This document shows, in pieces, positions 7,832-18,698 of a DNA stretch of 38,768 bases; the stretch's first letter is position 1, and every line of letters begins with the position of its first letter. The notes below the pieces were generated by a model. That model had not been told where the DNA came from and made no database searches. It was given only the letters and a program-made list of their open reading frames with translations. Source of the stretch: Candidatus Omnitrophota bacterium (GTDB taxonomy: Bacteria > Omnitrophota > Gorgyraeia > Pluralincolimonadales > Pluralincolimonadaceae); contig JBAYMW010000002.1 of assembly GCA_041663405.1 (NCBI GenBank), positions 1 to 38,768 of the forward strand, given 5' to 3'. A program made the position numbers and the translations under genes.

Positions 7832-9759
7832 TCTATTATTATCTCACATTTGGGCAGGGCCGACAAAAACTTTCTTCCGTAAGGCTTATGCAGGATACGG
7901 CTGTCGAGTATCGCGACTATGCCGGAATCGTTCTTTGTCCTGATAAGCCTGCCGAATCCCTGCTTCAATTTCAGTATCGCCTGCGGCAGGCTGTATTGAG
8001 AGAACGGGTCGTCGCCGGCCTCCTTTATCCTGTCCATCCTCGCCTCGGATATCGGATGGTCGGGCACCGCGAACGGCAGGCGCGTTATTATGACGTTTCC
8101 GAGGGCTTCACCCGGCACGTCGACCCCCGTCCAGAACGAATCTACGCCGAATATCACCGAACCGACATCGCGCTTGAACGCTTCAAGCATCTTCGTCCTC
8201 GGCAGACCTAACCCCTGCTTCAGTACGGGTATGCCTATATCGGCGAAATAGCCCGCCGTCTCCTCGTATACATCGTCCATGAACCTGTAGCTCGTGAAGA
8301 GCACGAAAGCCCTTCCCTCCGTCCTCGTGACATATTCCTTCACCTTCTTCACGACCTCTTCCTTATACCTGATATAATCGTTCGGGTCGGGCATCTTCCT
8401 CGGGATGAATATCTTGACGTTCTTCTCGTAGTCGAAAGGCGAGCCGAGCAGTTTCTCGGCAGGTTTCATTATTCCGAGCCGCGACTTTATGAACTCGAAA
8501 TTCCCTTCCGTGGATAACGTCGCGCTCGTCAATACGACCGTGTTAACTTTAGTGAAGAGCATCTCCTTCAATGAGGGCGCAATGTTTACGGGCGCGCAGT
8601 CAAGCGCGATCCTCCTGAAACGCCTGCCGGACGCCTCAGCCCAATAGACATAATCGTCCATCTTCTGTTCCATGAAGGCGGAAAGCGTGCCCAGCAGCCC
8701 CTCGACCCTCGTCATGTAATATTTAAGGTCGATCTCCTCTTCCTTTGACCTGCAGCCCTTTGCCTTGTCCTTAAGCTTGCGGTGAAGGTTTTCGAGCGAT
8801 AACGAGAGGTTGTCCTCTATGAAATCAGCGCCCCTTACGCGGCGCATGGAATCTTTCCCGAGCCAATCCGTAACCTCGTCAAAAAATATCTCCGAGGCAC
8901 TCCTGACTTCCGCGACCGCATCCTTCAGCCCCGATTCCTTTATTGAGGTCAGGAACCCCTTCCTCTTGGACGGGTTGTAGAGCGAATCCATAAGGTACTT
9001 GACCCGGTAATTGGATATCTCGGAGCCAAGGTGCTCCGTCGCGACGTCCTCTATAGTATGGGCCTCGTCAAATACGGCGCACGAGTAATCGGGGAGCAGC
9101 GCCCATTCGGATTGGCGCAATGCGAGGTCGGAAAAGAAGAGATGGTGGTTGACCACGAGCAGGTCGGCTTCCTGTATGTCCTTCCGCGCCTTCATCAGGA
9201 AACATGCGTCCCTGTTAGCGCATTTCTTTCCCATACAGGTATCGTGTTCGCAGCAGACCCTCTCCCATACCTTCCGGTCGGGCTCAGTCTCAAAATCCGC
9301 CAAGGAACCGTCCGTAGTGACCTTTGACCATGAGAGTATCTCCTGCAGGCTCCCTGCTTCCTCTTTTGATTCCAAAAGGTCGGTCTTCGATGACAGGACC
9401 CTGTTCATCCTCCTGAGGCAGAGGTAATTCGACCTTCCCTTCACAAGGCAATATTTGAAATCAAAAGGCAGGATGCCCGACAGCAGAGGAATATCCTTCT
9501 TAACCAGCTGTTCCTGGAGGCTTATCGTGTTCGTGGAGATCACGGCCTTCTTTTTCGAGGATACCGCAAAATCTATGGCGGGGACAAGATACGCGAATGA
9601 TTTTCCTACGCCGGTGCCTGCCTCGACTATCAGGTGCGATCTCCGCCGTATCGCGTCTTCGACCGATCCGGCCATCTCGGCCTGCTGCGGGCGGGACTCA
9701 TAATCCTTGAACGATTCGGCAAGCACCCCTTTTTTGCCGAAGAAATGCGCGCAGTCCAT
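7828..9759 (-). CDS. dinG: DinG/XPD-family ATP-dependent DNA helicase with Fe-S cluster
   Basis: 643 aa. Walker A is AGTGVGKS and the DEAH box is VFDEAHTIED. Cys cluster: NYLCLRR ... CCEHDTCMGKKCANRDACF. C-terminal helicase motifs TSATL and FGRLIR are present. 4-bp overlap with the downstream gene. Confidence 0.9.
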   Translation of the reverse strand: MDCAHFFGKKGVLAESFKDYESRPQQAEMAGSVEDAIRRRSHLIVEAGTGVGKSFAYLVPAIDFAVSSKKKAVISTNTISLQEQLVKKDIPLLSGILPFDFKYCLVKGRSNYLCLRRMNRVLSSKTDLLESKEEAGSLQEILSWSKVTTDGSLADFETEPDRKVWERVCCEHDTCMGKKCANRDACFLMKARKDIQEADLLVVNHHLFFSDLALRQSEWALLPDYSCAVFDEAHTIEDVATEHLGSEISNYRVKYLMDSLYNPSKRKGFLTSIKESGLKDAVAEVRSASEIFFDEVTDWLGKDSMRRVRGADFIEDNLSLSLENLHRKLKDKAKGCRSKEEEIDLKYYMTRVEGLLGTLSAFMEQKMDDYVYWAEASGRRFRRIALDCAPVNIAPSLKEMLFTKVNTVVLTSATLSTEGNFEFIKSRLGIMKPAEKLLGSPFDYEKNVKIFIPRKMPDPNDYIRYKEEVVKKVKEYVTRTEGRAFVLFTSYRFMDDVYEETAGYFADIGIPVLKQGLGLPRTKMLEAFKRDVGSVIFGVDSFWTGVDVPGEALGNVIITRLPFAVPDHPISEARMDRIKEAGDDPFSQYSLPQAILKLKQGFGRLIRTKNDSGIVAILDSRILHKPYGRKFLSALPKCEIIIE

Positions 9760-10611
9760 CTATCTAGGCTTAATGGCAAGCTCCTCAAGGCGCGCTATTC
9801 TGCGCTCGATCGGAGGGTGAGTGCTGAAAAATGAAAGGAAACCGCCTCCCGTAAGGGGATTCACGATGAACATATGCGCGGTTACCGGGTTTGCCTTCAT
9901 CGGCATCTGGCGCGAGTAATTATGCATCTTCCTCAGGGCGTTTGCCAGTGAGAGCGGCCTTCCGGAGATATCCGCCCCCGAATCGTCGGCCATGTATTCA
10001 CGCGAACGGGATATCGCCAGCTGTATAAGCGTCGCCGCGATGGGGGCGACTATCACGATAACGAGCGCGGAGACCGCGCTGCTGCCGTTCCTGTCGTCAT
10101 CCGACCTGCCTCCGAATATCATAGCCCATCTTGCCATGTCCGATAACATGTAGATCGCGCCGGCCACTGTCGCTACCAGGGTCATGATCAGTGTATCCCT
10201 GTTCTTGACATGCGAAAGCTCGTGCGCGATGACGCCTTCCAACTCATCGTCCGAGAGCAGCTTCATGATGCCTTCGGTAACGGCGACCGCGGCATGCGAG
10301 GGATCCCTTCCGGTCGCGAACGCGTTGGGCGTCTCTGTAGGTATGACGTATACTTTCGGCATCGGAAGGCCCGCCTTGGTCGATAAGTTGGAGACGGTGA
10401 CCAGCAGCTTCGGGTACTCCTCGCGCCTCACCTCTTTTGCGCGGTACATCGATAAGACTATCTTGTCTGAGAACCAGTAGGCCACGAAGTTCATCGCCAG
10501 CGCGATCGCGAAGGCGACTATCATGCCCTGCCTTCCGCCAACCATCCCGCCAATGAATATAAGCAGCAGCGTAAGCAGCGTAAGGAAAAAAACAGTTTTG
10601 ATAACGTTCAT
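9760..10611 (-). CDS. htpX: M48 zinc metalloprotease HtpX
   Basis: 283 aa with N-terminal TM helices, an HELSHV zinc motif and the typical HtpX C-terminus ([13 protein letters not shown]). Confidence 0.93.
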   Translation of the reverse strand: MNVIKTVFFLTLLTLLLIFIGGMVGGRQGMIVAFAIALAMNFVAYWFSDKIVLSMYRAKEVRREEYPKLLVTVSNLSTKAGLPMPKVYVIPTETPNAFATGRDPSHAAVAVTEGIMKLLSDDELEGVIAHELSHVKNRDTLIMTLVATVAGAIYMLSDMARWAMIFGGRSDDDRNGSSAVSALVIVIVAPIAATLIQLAISRSREYMADDSGADISGRPLSLANALRKMHNYSRQMPMKANPVTAHMFIVNPLTGGGFLSFFSTHPPIERRIARLEELAIKPR

Positions 10612-10628
10612 ATTGAGGTTGTCTCCCC

Positions 10629-11171
10629 TTAAAGGTTCTTGATCTCGGATACTTCTTTGTCTATCAGGTGCGCGACTTCGGATATTTCCTTGATGGAATT
10701 ATCGACGGCTTTCTTGAAATATATGGCGCCCGGATGCCTTTCCCCGAGCTCCACGAGCCTCGCGCCCATATCGATAAGCGATAGGTACATCTTCTTGAGC
10801 TCCTGGGCGTCCTTGTAGTTCCTGAACTTGCGGTTAAGGAACTTCGTCAGGTCCTTCTTGTCCTCCGGGTCGATCTTCGTGAATTTCACGCCGATGCCGG
10901 GATAATACGTCGGGTTCAGGTCTTTATCGGCGATCCACGCAACTTTACCCGATACAAGTACCGGATGCGACACCGTCGGCAGCATGAACTCCAGGTCCAT
11001 ATCCATGCCGATCCGGAATTTTTTGTCCGTCTTGAGGAAGAGTCCGTGCCGCCCGAAATTCTTCGACCTGAACATATAAGCGTTGCCGCTGGATGATTTA
11101 TCTTTCTTCCTGTGCCACTTCACTTCTACGTCAAGCGCCAGACGGCGGTGCAATCTTTTGTTGGAACCCAT
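10629..11171 (-). CDS. PilZ domain protein (putative c-di-GMP receptor) with a C-terminal helical extension
   Basis: 180 aa. RLHRR matches the RxxxR motif. NFGRHGLFL is a slightly degenerate D/NxSxxG motif. GIGVKF strand is typical of PilZ barrels. Confidence 0.65.
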   Translation of the reverse strand: MGSNKRLHRRLALDVEVKWHRKKDKSSSGNAYMFRSKNFGRHGLFLKTDKKFRIGMDMDLEFMLPTVSHPVLVSGKVAWIADKDLNPTYYPGIGVKFTKIDPEDKKDLTKFLNRKFRNYKDAQELKKMYLSLIDMGARLVELGERHPGAIYFKKAVDNSIKEISEVAHLIDKEVSEIKNL

Positions 11172-11184
11172 TGTCAGCCCTCTC

Positions 11185-11808
11185 CTAAGATGCCTTCTTT
11201 GCCTTTATTATGAATTCCCTCATAAGCTTCGCGTCTTTCTTTCCGGGGGATGATTCTACCCCGCTCGATACGTCGACAGCATATAGGTTTGTCTTCTTGA
11301 TCGCTTCCGATACGTTGCCGGGATTAAGCCCTCCGGATAGTATGACCGGCCTTCCGAGTTTCCTGGCAGCCGCCGGAGCAATGCTCCAGTCGAATTTCAA
11401 GCCCGTCCCGCCCGCCTTGCCCGCCTTGTATGTATCAAGCAGGAAGGCGTCTACATCATAACCTGAAAACCCGGAAATACCGCTCCTTCCGCCTACCCTT
11501 ATTACTTTGACTATTTTATAATATTTCTTAAGTACTTTGCAATAGTTTCTACTCTCTGTGCCATGGAGCTGGATGCAGTCAAGGCGGCACTTTTCTGCGA
11601 TACTGCGAACTTTCTTGATATTCTCATCCACAAAAACGCCTACAAGCGATATATATGGCGGCAGGTGCGCTGCTATCTTCCTGACCGTAGCTATATCGGT
11701 TCGCCTCGGGCCCTTCGCGAAGACAAAACCCAGCGCGTCGGCACCGAGCCGGCAGGCGGTTTCGGCGTCTTTCAAGTTCGTGATACCGCAGATCTTTACC
11801 CTTACCAA
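11185..11808 (-). CDS. trpF: Phosphoribosylanthranilate isomerase
   Basis: 207 aa starting VKICGIT, with LGADALGFVF and a length typical of TrpF. Last gene of the trp block. Confidence 0.9.
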   Translation of the reverse strand: MVRVKICGITNLKDAETACRLGADALGFVFAKGPRRTDIATVRKIAAHLPPYISLVGVFVDENIKKVRSIAEKCRLDCIQLHGTESRNYCKVLKKYYKIVKVIRVGGRSGISGFSGYDVDAFLLDTYKAGKAGGTGLKFDWSIAPAAARKLGRPVILSGGLNPGNVSEAIKKTNLYAVDVSSGVESSPGKKDAKLMREFIIKAKKAS

Positions 11809-12578
11809 CCCATCACCCTTTTTACTTCCGCCGAGATATCGTCGGACTCCATGAAAGCCGTACCTATAAGGACAGCCTTGATGCCTGATGACGCAAGCGC
11901 CTGGATATCCTCGGGGTCCCTTATGCCGCTCTCCGAGATGACTATCTTTCCCTCAGGTACCTTAAGGATCAATTCCCTGGTGACCTGCAGGTCGACTTCC
12001 AGCGTCCTTAAGTTCCTGTTATTGATCCCAATTATCTCGGCGTCAATGCCCAGCGCCTTCTCGAGGTCGCGCTCGTCATGTACTTCGACGACCGTATCCA
12101 TTCCGAGGGATTTCGCTTCATGGAAGAGCGCCTTGAGCATTCCCCTGTCGATCGCGGTCGCGATTAGAAGGATCGCGTCGGCTCCTGCGACCGCCGATTC
12201 GTATACCTGGTACTCTGATATTATGAAATCCTTCCTCATGACCGGAAGGCTCACGGCATCGCGGACTTCCCTCAGGTTATCCATGCTTCCCTGGAAAAAT
12301 TTATCCTCAGTAACGACCGAAAGCGCCGCGGCGCCGGCGTTCTTGTATATCTTCGCTATGCCTGCGGGGTCGAAGTCGTGCCTGATAACACCGTGCGACG
12401 GGGACGCTTTCTTCACCTCCGCGATGAGGTTTATCCTGTTCTTCCTTGATATGGCAGACTTGAATCCCCTGTTCTTTACGGGCTTAGCCTGTTTTTCCAA
12501 TTCATCAAGCGGAAGCGCCTCCTCGGCGCGTTCCAGCCTGTGCTTCTTATGCTCGATTATCTCCTGCAGGGTTATCAT
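11802..12578 (-). CDS. trpC: Indole-3-glycerol-phosphate synthase
   Basis: 258 aa with LIAEVKKASPSHGVI, VLTE-like SVVTEDKFFQGS and GINNRNL motifs. Confidence 0.93.
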   Translation of the reverse strand: MITLQEIIEHKKHRLERAEEALPLDELEKQAKPVKNRGFKSAISRKNRINLIAEVKKASPSHGVIRHDFDPAGIAKIYKNAGAAALSVVTEDKFFQGSMDNLREVRDAVSLPVMRKDFIISEYQVYESAVAGADAILLIATAIDRGMLKALFHEAKSLGMDTVVEVHDERDLEKALGIDAEIIGINNRNLRTLEVDLQVTRELILKVPEGKIVISESGIRDPEDIQALASSGIKAVLIGTAFMESDDISAEVKRVMGW

Positions 12579-13585
12579 TTGTTCGTTGCCTCCTTGAGCT
12601 GCTCGAGTTTCCTAAGCCCCTCTCCGGATTCTATCGACTCCTTGGCGATCTCGATCCCTTCCTTTATGCTTTTCGCCCCATCCGCCGCATATATTGCGCA
12701 ACCCGCGTTCATTATCACGATATCGCGTTGAGGCCCTTTCTCGCCGCTTAGCACGGCTATAGCTATCTTTGCGTTCTGCGAAGCGTCTCCGCCCTTCAAT
12801 TCTTCCGATTTGGATCTCTTTATGCCGAATTCCATCGGCGTGATCTCGTAGCTTGTGACCTTACCGCCCCTCAGTTCCGATACCTGCGTCGAATCAGAGG
12901 TCGTGACCTCATCCAGGCCGTCATCACCGTGCACGACCAGGGCATGTTTTGAGCCAAGCTCTCCTAGCGCCTGTGCTATAGGTTTTGTAAGCTTATAATC
13001 GTATACTCCCAGTAGCTGGTGGGTCGCGTTTGCGGGATTCGTCAGGGGCCCAAGAATGTTGAACATCGTGCGTATCCCGATCTCCTTACGGGGCCCGACT
13101 GCGTACCTCATCGCCTTATGCAGGACAGGCGCGAAGAGGAAACCGATACCTATCTCATCCAGGCACCTCGATACAATATGCTCCTCGGTCTCTATGTTTA
13201 CGCCCAGTTCCTTGAGCAGGTCCGCGCTGCCGCATTTCGACGACACGCACCTGTTGCCGTGCTTGGCAACGGCTATTCCGGCGCCGGCGACTACGAATGC
13301 CGCGATGGTGGATACATTGAATGTTTGGGACTCGTCCCCTCCCGTGCCGCATGTGTCTAGGATCACGGGATGCCTGGTCTTTATCCTTGTGGCATGCTTG
13401 CGCATTATAACAGCAGCTCCTACGATCTCTTCTATCGTTTCGCCCTTCATGCGCATCGCCGTAAGGAATGACCCGATCTGGGCCGGCAGCGCCTGCCCGG
13501 TCATTATCTCCTCCATGGCAAGCTCCACCTCGGCCCTCGACAGGCCCTCGGACCTCACGAGCTTCGCGATGGCTTCCCTGATCAT
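12575..13585 (-). CDS. trpD: Anthranilate phosphoribosyltransferase
   Basis: 336 aa with [13 protein letters not shown] and GPLTNPA motifs. 4-bp overlaps on both sides. Confidence 0.95.
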   Translation of the reverse strand: MIREAIAKLVRSEGLSRAEVELAMEEIMTGQALPAQIGSFLTAMRMKGETIEEIVGAAVIMRKHATRIKTRHPVILDTCGTGGDESQTFNVSTIAAFVVAGAGIAVAKHGNRCVSSKCGSADLLKELGVNIETEEHIVSRCLDEIGIGFLFAPVLHKAMRYAVGPRKEIGIRTMFNILGPLTNPANATHQLLGVYDYKLTKPIAQALGELGSKHALVVHGDDGLDEVTTSDSTQVSELRGGKVTSYEITPMEFGIKRSKSEELKGGDASQNAKIAIAVLSGEKGPQRDIVIMNAGCAIYAADGAKSIKEGIEIAKESIESGEGLRKLEQLKEATNK

Positions 13586-14151
13586 TTGGAAAGCTCCAGG
13601 AAATTCTTCAACATCTTTTTGCCCTCAAATGTCAGTATCGATTCCGGATGGAACTGCACTCCCCACACCGGATATTCCTTATGCCTCAATCCCATTATCT
13701 CGTTGTCTTTTGTCCGCGCGGTCACCTCAAGGCAGTCCGGCAGCGTCTTTCTTTCCACAATAAGCGAGTGGTACCTTATTGCCGCGAAGGGATTCGGCAG
13801 CCCCTTGAATATCTCTTTGCCGTTATGTGATATCATCGATGTTTTTCCGTGCATGGGCCTGGCCGCTTTTATTACGCGGCCGCCAAAAACCTCTCCTATG
13901 CACTGGTGGCCGAGGCAGACGCCGAGGATCGGCACCTTACCCGAGAATTCCCTTACGACGGAGCTGGATATGCCCGCATCCCTCGGGAACCCCGGCCCGG
14001 GTGATATTATGATGCTGTGCGGCTTAAGGCCGGCTATCGCATCTAACGATATCTTATCGTTCCTGAACACCTTAAGCGCCTGGCCCATCTCTCCGAGATA
14101 CTGGACCAGGTTATAGGTGAACGAATCGTAATTGTCTATCATCAGGATCAT
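13582..14151 (-). CDS. trpG: Anthranilate synthase component II (class I glutamine amidotransferase)
   Basis: 189 aa with [22 protein letters not shown] and QFHPES motifs. Confidence 0.9.
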   Translation of the reverse strand: MILMIDNYDSFTYNLVQYLGEMGQALKVFRNDKISLDAIAGLKPHSIIISPGPGFPRDAGISSSVVREFSGKVPILGVCLGHQCIGEVFGGRVIKAARPMHGKTSMISHNGKEIFKGLPNPFAAIRYHSLIVERKTLPDCLEVTARTKDNEIMGLRHKEYPVWGVQFHPESILTFEGKKMLKNFLELSK

Positions 14152-14152
14152 G

Positions 14153-15628
14153 TTATATAATCCCCTTCTCGGCGGCCTCTATCGCTTTTATCGTGGCCTT
14201 CGCCTTATTTACCGTCTCCTGGTATTCCTTGCCGGGGTCGGAATCGGCGACTATCCCTCCGCCTGCCTGCACATACGCCTTGCCGCCCTTGACAACTATC
14301 GTCCTGATATTTATGCAGGTATCGGTATTGCCCGAGAAACTGAAGTATCCTACGAGGCCTGCATACGGGCCGCGCCTTGTATTTTCAAGCTCTTCTATTA
14401 TCTCCATGGCCCTGACCTTGGGGGCTCCGGATACCGTTCCTGCCGGGAATGTCGCCCTGATCACGTCAAACATGTCCTTATCGGGCCTCAGCTTTCCGGT
14501 ACACTCGCTAACTATATGCATGACATGGGAGTACTTCTCAACTGTCATGAGCTCAGATACCTTTACCGTGCCGTATTTACAGACCCTGCCGATATCGTTG
14601 CGCCCGAGGTCCACGAGCATTATGTGTTCCGCGCGTTCCTTGACGCTCGAAAGCAGGTTCTTCTCGAGCCGCTTTTCCTCGTTTTCAGTCTTTCCCCTCG
14701 GCCGTGTGCCGGCTATAGGCCTTAATTTGACGACATCGTCCTCGCACCTTACCATAAGTTCGGGCGAAGCCCCGACCAGCGAGAGGTCCTTCATCTTCAG
14801 GTAATACATGTACGGCGAGGGATTGATCATCCTGAGGGAACGGTAGAGGTCTATACCCGGGCAGGTTATATCCGTGCTGAATCGCTGTGACGGCACCACC
14901 TGAATTATATCGCCCGACCTGATATAGCTTTTTGCCTTCTTTACTATCGAGACGAATTCCCCTTTCGTGAAATTGGATTCTATGCCGATCTTTCCGGAGG
15001 CCGGCTTCCTGTGTTTCACGGACAGGGGCGCGTTGAGCAGTTTTACGATGCTGTTTATCTTCCTTACGGCCCCGTCATATGCTTTCGAGGGGTCGCCCGA
15101 GACGTAAGCGTTCGAGACGACCTTTATCTTATGTTTCACGTGGTCAAATATAAGTATCGTGTCCGTGAGCATGAAGACCGAGTCCGGCACCTTTAGGTCG
15201 TCCGGATTTTTCGAGGGCAGTTCCTCGAAAAATCTTACCATATCATATCCCATAAAGCCCACGAGCCCTCCGCAGAATCTCGGAAGACCCGGGGTATGCA
15301 CGAAACTGTACCTGTCGAGGATCTTCTTCATCTCCCCGAGAGGGTCCGATTGCGCCGTGAAACGTTTTGTATTCCCGTCTTCCGTCAGTTCGACCTTCCC
15401 GTCTTTGCTCCTGAATACGAGCGACGGCCCCGAGCCGAGGAACGAATACCTCGCGATCTTCTCTCCGCCTTCGACCGATTCAAGCAGGAAGGAATAATCC
15501 CCCTTGTCGATCTTCATGAAAGCGGAGACCGGGGTCTCGAGGTCAGCCGTGATCTCGCCGAATACCGGTATCAGGTTGCCCATCTTAGACAGGCGCGCGA
15601 ATTCTTCTCTTGACGGAACGTATTCCAT
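14153..15628 (-). CDS. trpE: Anthranilate synthase component I
   Basis: 491 aa with the chorismate-binding C-terminus ([25 protein letters not shown]). The start ATG shares one base with the hisI stop (TAATG). Confidence 0.95.
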   Translation of the reverse strand: MEYVPSREEFARLSKMGNLIPVFGEITADLETPVSAFMKIDKGDYSFLLESVEGGEKIARYSFLGSGPSLVFRSKDGKVELTEDGNTKRFTAQSDPLGEMKKILDRYSFVHTPGLPRFCGGLVGFMGYDMVRFFEELPSKNPDDLKVPDSVFMLTDTILIFDHVKHKIKVVSNAYVSGDPSKAYDGAVRKINSIVKLLNAPLSVKHRKPASGKIGIESNFTKGEFVSIVKKAKSYIRSGDIIQVVPSQRFSTDITCPGIDLYRSLRMINPSPYMYYLKMKDLSLVGASPELMVRCEDDVVKLRPIAGTRPRGKTENEEKRLEKNLLSSVKERAEHIMLVDLGRNDIGRVCKYGTVKVSELMTVEKYSHVMHIVSECTGKLRPDKDMFDVIRATFPAGTVSGAPKVRAMEIIEELENTRRGPYAGLVGYFSFSGNTDTCINIRTIVVKGGKAYVQAGGGIVADSDPGKEYQETVNKAKATIKAIEAAEKGII

Positions 15629-16017
15629 TATTTCTTATAGACCTTCTCCGGATCGAACATCTTCTTCCCGGATACGGCCGCATTCCCCTTATTGTCCTTG
15701 AGTTTCCTGTAAAAACACGACCTGTAACCCGTATGGCAGGCTCCGCCCACCTGCTCCACCTTCACAAGCAGGCAGTCCGCATCGCAATCGAAGCGTATCT
15801 CCTTGACCTTCTGTACGTGCCCGGAAGATTCGCCCTTGAGCCATAATTTATTCCTGGAGCGCGAATAGAAATGCGCCAGCTTTGTCACGATGGTCTTTTT
15901 TACCGCAACATCGTTCATGTAGGCGACCATCAGGACCTCGTTATTCTTGTAGTCCTGGATGACCGCCGGTATAAGGCCGTTCTTATCGTATTTCAGACCC
16001 TTGATGAATTTGTTCAT
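15628..16017 (-). CDS. hisI: Phosphoribosyl-AMP cyclohydrolase (monofunctional, no HisE domain)
   Basis: 129 aa with GLIPAVIQD, the conserved GESSGH ([13 protein letters not shown]) and CDADCLL motifs. Confidence 0.9.
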   Translation of the reverse strand: MNKFIKGLKYDKNGLIPAVIQDYKNNEVLMVAYMNDVAVKKTIVTKLAHFYSRSRNKLWLKGESSGHVQKVKEIRFDCDADCLLVKVEQVGGACHTGYRSCFYRKLKDNKGNAAVSGKKMFDPEKVYKK

Positions 16018-16769
16018 ATCCTTACCGCAACTCCTTTTTTCTTTAGGTACTGTTTTACCTGCTTTACCGAAAATTCCCTGAAATGGAATATCGATGCCGC
16101 GAGCACGGCGTCGGCCTTTCCCTTTACAAGTCCGTCGTATAGGTGCGCCAGCGTACCCGCGCCGCCCGATGCTATGACCGGGATGCCTACATTCTCCGAT
16201 ACTGCCTTAGTAAGGGCGAGGTCATAGCCTATCTTTGTTCCGTCCCTGTCCATGGATGTAAGCAATATCTCTCCGGCGCCGCGTTTCTCCGATTCCCTGG
16301 CCCATTTTACCGCGTCGATGCCGGTCGGCTTCCTGCCGCCGTGCGTAAAGACCTCCCAACGCCTGCCGTTACGCTTTGCGTCTATCGCGACCACTATGCA
16401 CTGGCTGCCGAACCTTGCGGACGAGCCCGAGATAAGCTTCGGGTTGTTTACGGCAGCGGAATTTATTGACACCTTATCCGCGCCCGCCTTCAGCAGGTTG
16501 CGTATGTCGGAGATATTCCTTATCCCTCCGCCGACGGTAAGCGGCATAAAGACCTGCTCAGCCGTACGCCGGACCACATCTATCATCGTGTCCCTGTCCT
16601 CGCAGCTCGCCGTTATATCAAGGAACACCAGCTCATCGGCGCCCTGCTTTTCATAAAAGGCGGCGTTAGTAACGGGGTCCCCCGCGTCCCTGAGGTTCAC
16701 GAAATTGACCCCCTTGACGACGCGCCCGTCCTTCACGTCAAGGCAGGGTATTATCCTTTTTGCGAGCAT
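16014..16769 (-). CDS. hisF: Imidazole glycerol phosphate synthase cyclase subunit
   Basis: 251 aa with [16 protein letters not shown] and LTVGGGIR motifs. Confidence 0.95.
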   Translation of the reverse strand: MLAKRIIPCLDVKDGRVVKGVNFVNLRDAGDPVTNAAFYEKQGADELVFLDITASCEDRDTMIDVVRRTAEQVFMPLTVGGGIRNISDIRNLLKAGADKVSINSAAVNNPKLISGSSARFGSQCIVVAIDAKRNGRRWEVFTHGGRKPTGIDAVKWARESEKRGAGEILLTSMDRDGTKIGYDLALTKAVSENVGIPVIASGGAGTLAHLYDGLVKGKADAVLAASIFHFREFSVKQVKQYLKKKGVAVRI

Positions 16770-17482
16770 GCCTTGTTTGCATCCTTAAGAAGTATCTTCT
16801 TATCGTAAAGCGCGCGTCCCACTATCACGCCGGCCACTTCCTTCCTGTTATAATCCCTCAATATCCGCAGGTCCGCGAGCGTCGATATACCGCCCGAGAC
16901 TATCATGTCTATCTTCACTTCCCCGAGGAATTTCAGGATATTGCCGAAGCCGGGGCCCTGCAGCGTGCCGTCCCTCGATATATCGGTGTATTCGACCGTC
17001 TGCACGCCGAACATCTTTATCCTCTGCGCGAAATCTATCGCCTTGATCTCAGTCGGGCTTACCCACCCCTTGGTCTGGAGGTATCCGTCCTTCACGTCCA
17101 GGCTTACTATTATCTTCTCCTTGTACCTGTCTATAGCTTTCTTCAGGAACTCCTCGTCCTCGCATGCCTTAGTTCCGAGGATCGCGTACGACGCGCCGGC
17201 CCTTATCACGGTCTGCAGGTCGGATTCGGTCCTTATACCGCCGCCGACCTCTATCGGGATATCGAGCGATGCGGTTATCTTCCTTACCCAGTCGAGGTTC
17301 TTCAATTTCCCCTCAAGCGCGCCGTCGAGGTCTACCACATGCAGCCTTTTAGCGCCCTCGCTCTGCCACCAAAGCGACGTCTTGACGGGGTCGTTCGAGT
17401 ATACCGTCTCCTTTGAGAAATCGCCCCTGAAAAGCCTTACAACATTCCCCCCCCTTATATCAACAGCAGGTATTACGATCAT
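16751..17482 (-). CDS. hisA: ProFAR isomerase
   Basis: 243 aa with [22 protein letters not shown] and IEVGGGIR motifs. Confidence 0.94.
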   Translation of the reverse strand: MIVIPAVDIRGGNVVRLFRGDFSKETVYSNDPVKTSLWWQSEGAKRLHVVDLDGALEGKLKNLDWVRKITASLDIPIEVGGGIRTESDLQTVIRAGASYAILGTKACEDEEFLKKAIDRYKEKIIVSLDVKDGYLQTKGWVSPTEIKAIDFAQRIKMFGVQTVEYTDISRDGTLQGPGFGNILKFLGEVKIDMIVSGGISTLADLRILRDYNRKEVAGVIVGRALYDKKILLKDANKACSQKG

Positions 17483-18093
17483 ATCTTTACGAAATTCCTC
17501 ATGATTTTAAGCCCCAGGGCCTGGCTCTTCTCAGGATGGAACTGTGTGGCGTAAACATTTTCCGACCAGATCGCCGACGCAAACTTTACCCCGTAATCTG
17601 TGTATGCGCTGATAGTCCTCTTATCTTCAGGCAGCGCGTAATAAGAATGCACAAAGTATACATATGATCCCTCAGGGACTCCCTTAAAAAGCGGGCAGCC
17701 TCCCCGGATACCGGAAAGCTGGTTCCATCCCATGTGGGGTATCTTAAGCTTCCTTGACCTGAACTTCAGGACTTTTCCTTCTATTATGCCCAGGCCCTTG
17801 CATGAGCCGGCCTCTTCACTTTTATCTAAAAGCAGCTGCAGCCCGAGGCACAGCCCAAGGAACGGCTTTCCGCCGTCAATGAACTCCCTGATCGGCCCGG
17901 CGATCCTGCGCGACCTGAGTTCCGATACCGCATCCTTGAACGCCCCGACGCCCGGGAAAACCAGCTTGTCGGCCTTAAGTATCTCCGACGGCCTGTCGGA
18001 TATTATGACCCTTGCGCCTGACGCCTCGAGGGCTTTCGATACGCTCCTGAGGTTGCCCATGCCGTAATCTACTACGACTATCTTTTGCTTCAT
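17479..18093 (-). CDS. hisH: Imidazole glycerol phosphate synthase glutaminase subunit
   Basis: Motifs VVDYGMGNLRSV, GLCLGLQLL and QFHPEKS. I place the start at ATG 18093, which gives MKQKIVVVDYG and an ATGA overlap with the hisB stop. The track ORF start at 18153 adds a basic 20-aa extension inside hisB. Confidence 0.9.
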   Translation of the reverse strand: MKQKIVVVDYGMGNLRSVSKALEASGARVIISDRPSEILKADKLVFPGVGAFKDAVSELRSRRIAGPIREFIDGGKPFLGLCLGLQLLLDKSEEAGSCKGLGIIEGKVLKFRSRKLKIPHMGWNQLSGIRGGCPLFKGVPEGSYVYFVHSYYALPEDKRTISAYTDYGVKFASAIWSENVYATQFHPEKSQALGLKIMRNFVKI

Positions 18094-18698
18094 AACCGTC
18101 CTTTTGTCGAAGGGACCCCTTTTACCCTCGGGTCTATCCTTGTCGCGTCGCATAAGGCCCTGCCGAACGCCTTGAATATCGCCTCGAGCACATGGTGCAG
18201 GTCCTCGCCGCGGTATTCGATGTGCAGGTTTATGCCGGCATTCCTTACAAAGGCTTCCAGGAATTGCTTCGCGCTCGAAAGGTTATAACCCTGCCTGTCA
18301 AGCAGTGTAGGCGGCACAGCTTTGCCCGTGCAGCGGATATACAGCGAGGGCCTTCCGCTGATATCGAGGGCGATCCGCGCAAGCGCCTCTTCCATGGGGA
18401 CCGCAACATCCGTCGACCCGAAGCGGCGTATCCCTTTCTTATTCCCTATCGCTTTCGAAAAGGCTTCCCCGAGAGCGATGCCAACATCCTCGTTCGTATG
18501 GTGTATGTCCACCTCGAGGTCACCCTTCGCGATCAGCTTCAGGTCGAAGCAACCGTGCCTCGCGAAGAGCGAAAGCATATGGTCGAGGAACCCTATGCCG
18601 GTATAGACGCGGAATTTTCCCGTACCGTCGAGATTAAGTTCGACCGTGATATCTGTTTCCGTCGTCTTGCGCTTATGCTTAACGGACCTCTTCTTCAT
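18090..18698 (-). CDS. hisB: Imidazoleglycerol-phosphate dehydratase (monofunctional)
   Basis: 202 aa with RKTTETDI, GIGFLDHML and HHTNEDVGIALG motifs. Confidence 0.95.
   Translation of the reverse strand: MKKRSVKHKRKTTETDITVELNLDGTGKFRVYTGIGFLDHMLSLFARHGCFDLKLIAKGDLEVDIHHTNEDVGIALGEAFSKAIGNKKGIRRFGSTDVAVPMEEALARIALDISGRPSLYIRCTGKAVPPTLLDRQGYNLSSAKQFLEAFVRNAGINLHIEYRGEDLHHVLEAIFKAFGRALCDATRIDPRVKGVPSTKGRL

Noticed and set aside
7828-10611. DinG helicase plus HtpX protease as a possible phage-defence pair
   Set aside because: Both look like standard housekeeping versions: a full Fe-S DinG without a nuclease or accessory domain, and a canonical HtpX. They are embedded in a biosynthetic operon, with no CRISPR, Cas, nuclease or toxin partners.
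11563-12597. Long antisense ORFs opposite well-supported genes (11563..12597 opposite trpC, 25294..26193 opposite the glycosidase-like gene, 36774..37508 opposite ftsK, 13056..13763, 14193..14804 and others)
   Set aside because: The translations are Ser/Leu/Arg/Pro-rich with no motifs. Each lies fully inside a minus-strand gene with unmistakable family motifs, which is typical of shadow frames.
15600-15700. Looked for a trp leader peptide, T-box or terminator/antiterminator upstream of trpE
   Set aside because: trpE overlaps hisI by one base, so there is no non-coding sequence to host such an element.
18094-18153. Twenty-aa N-terminal extension of hisH (track start at 18153)
   Set aside because: The extension lies wholly inside hisB and is highly basic. 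ATG 18093 gives the canonical MKxKIVVVDYG start and an ATGA overlap with the hisB stop.
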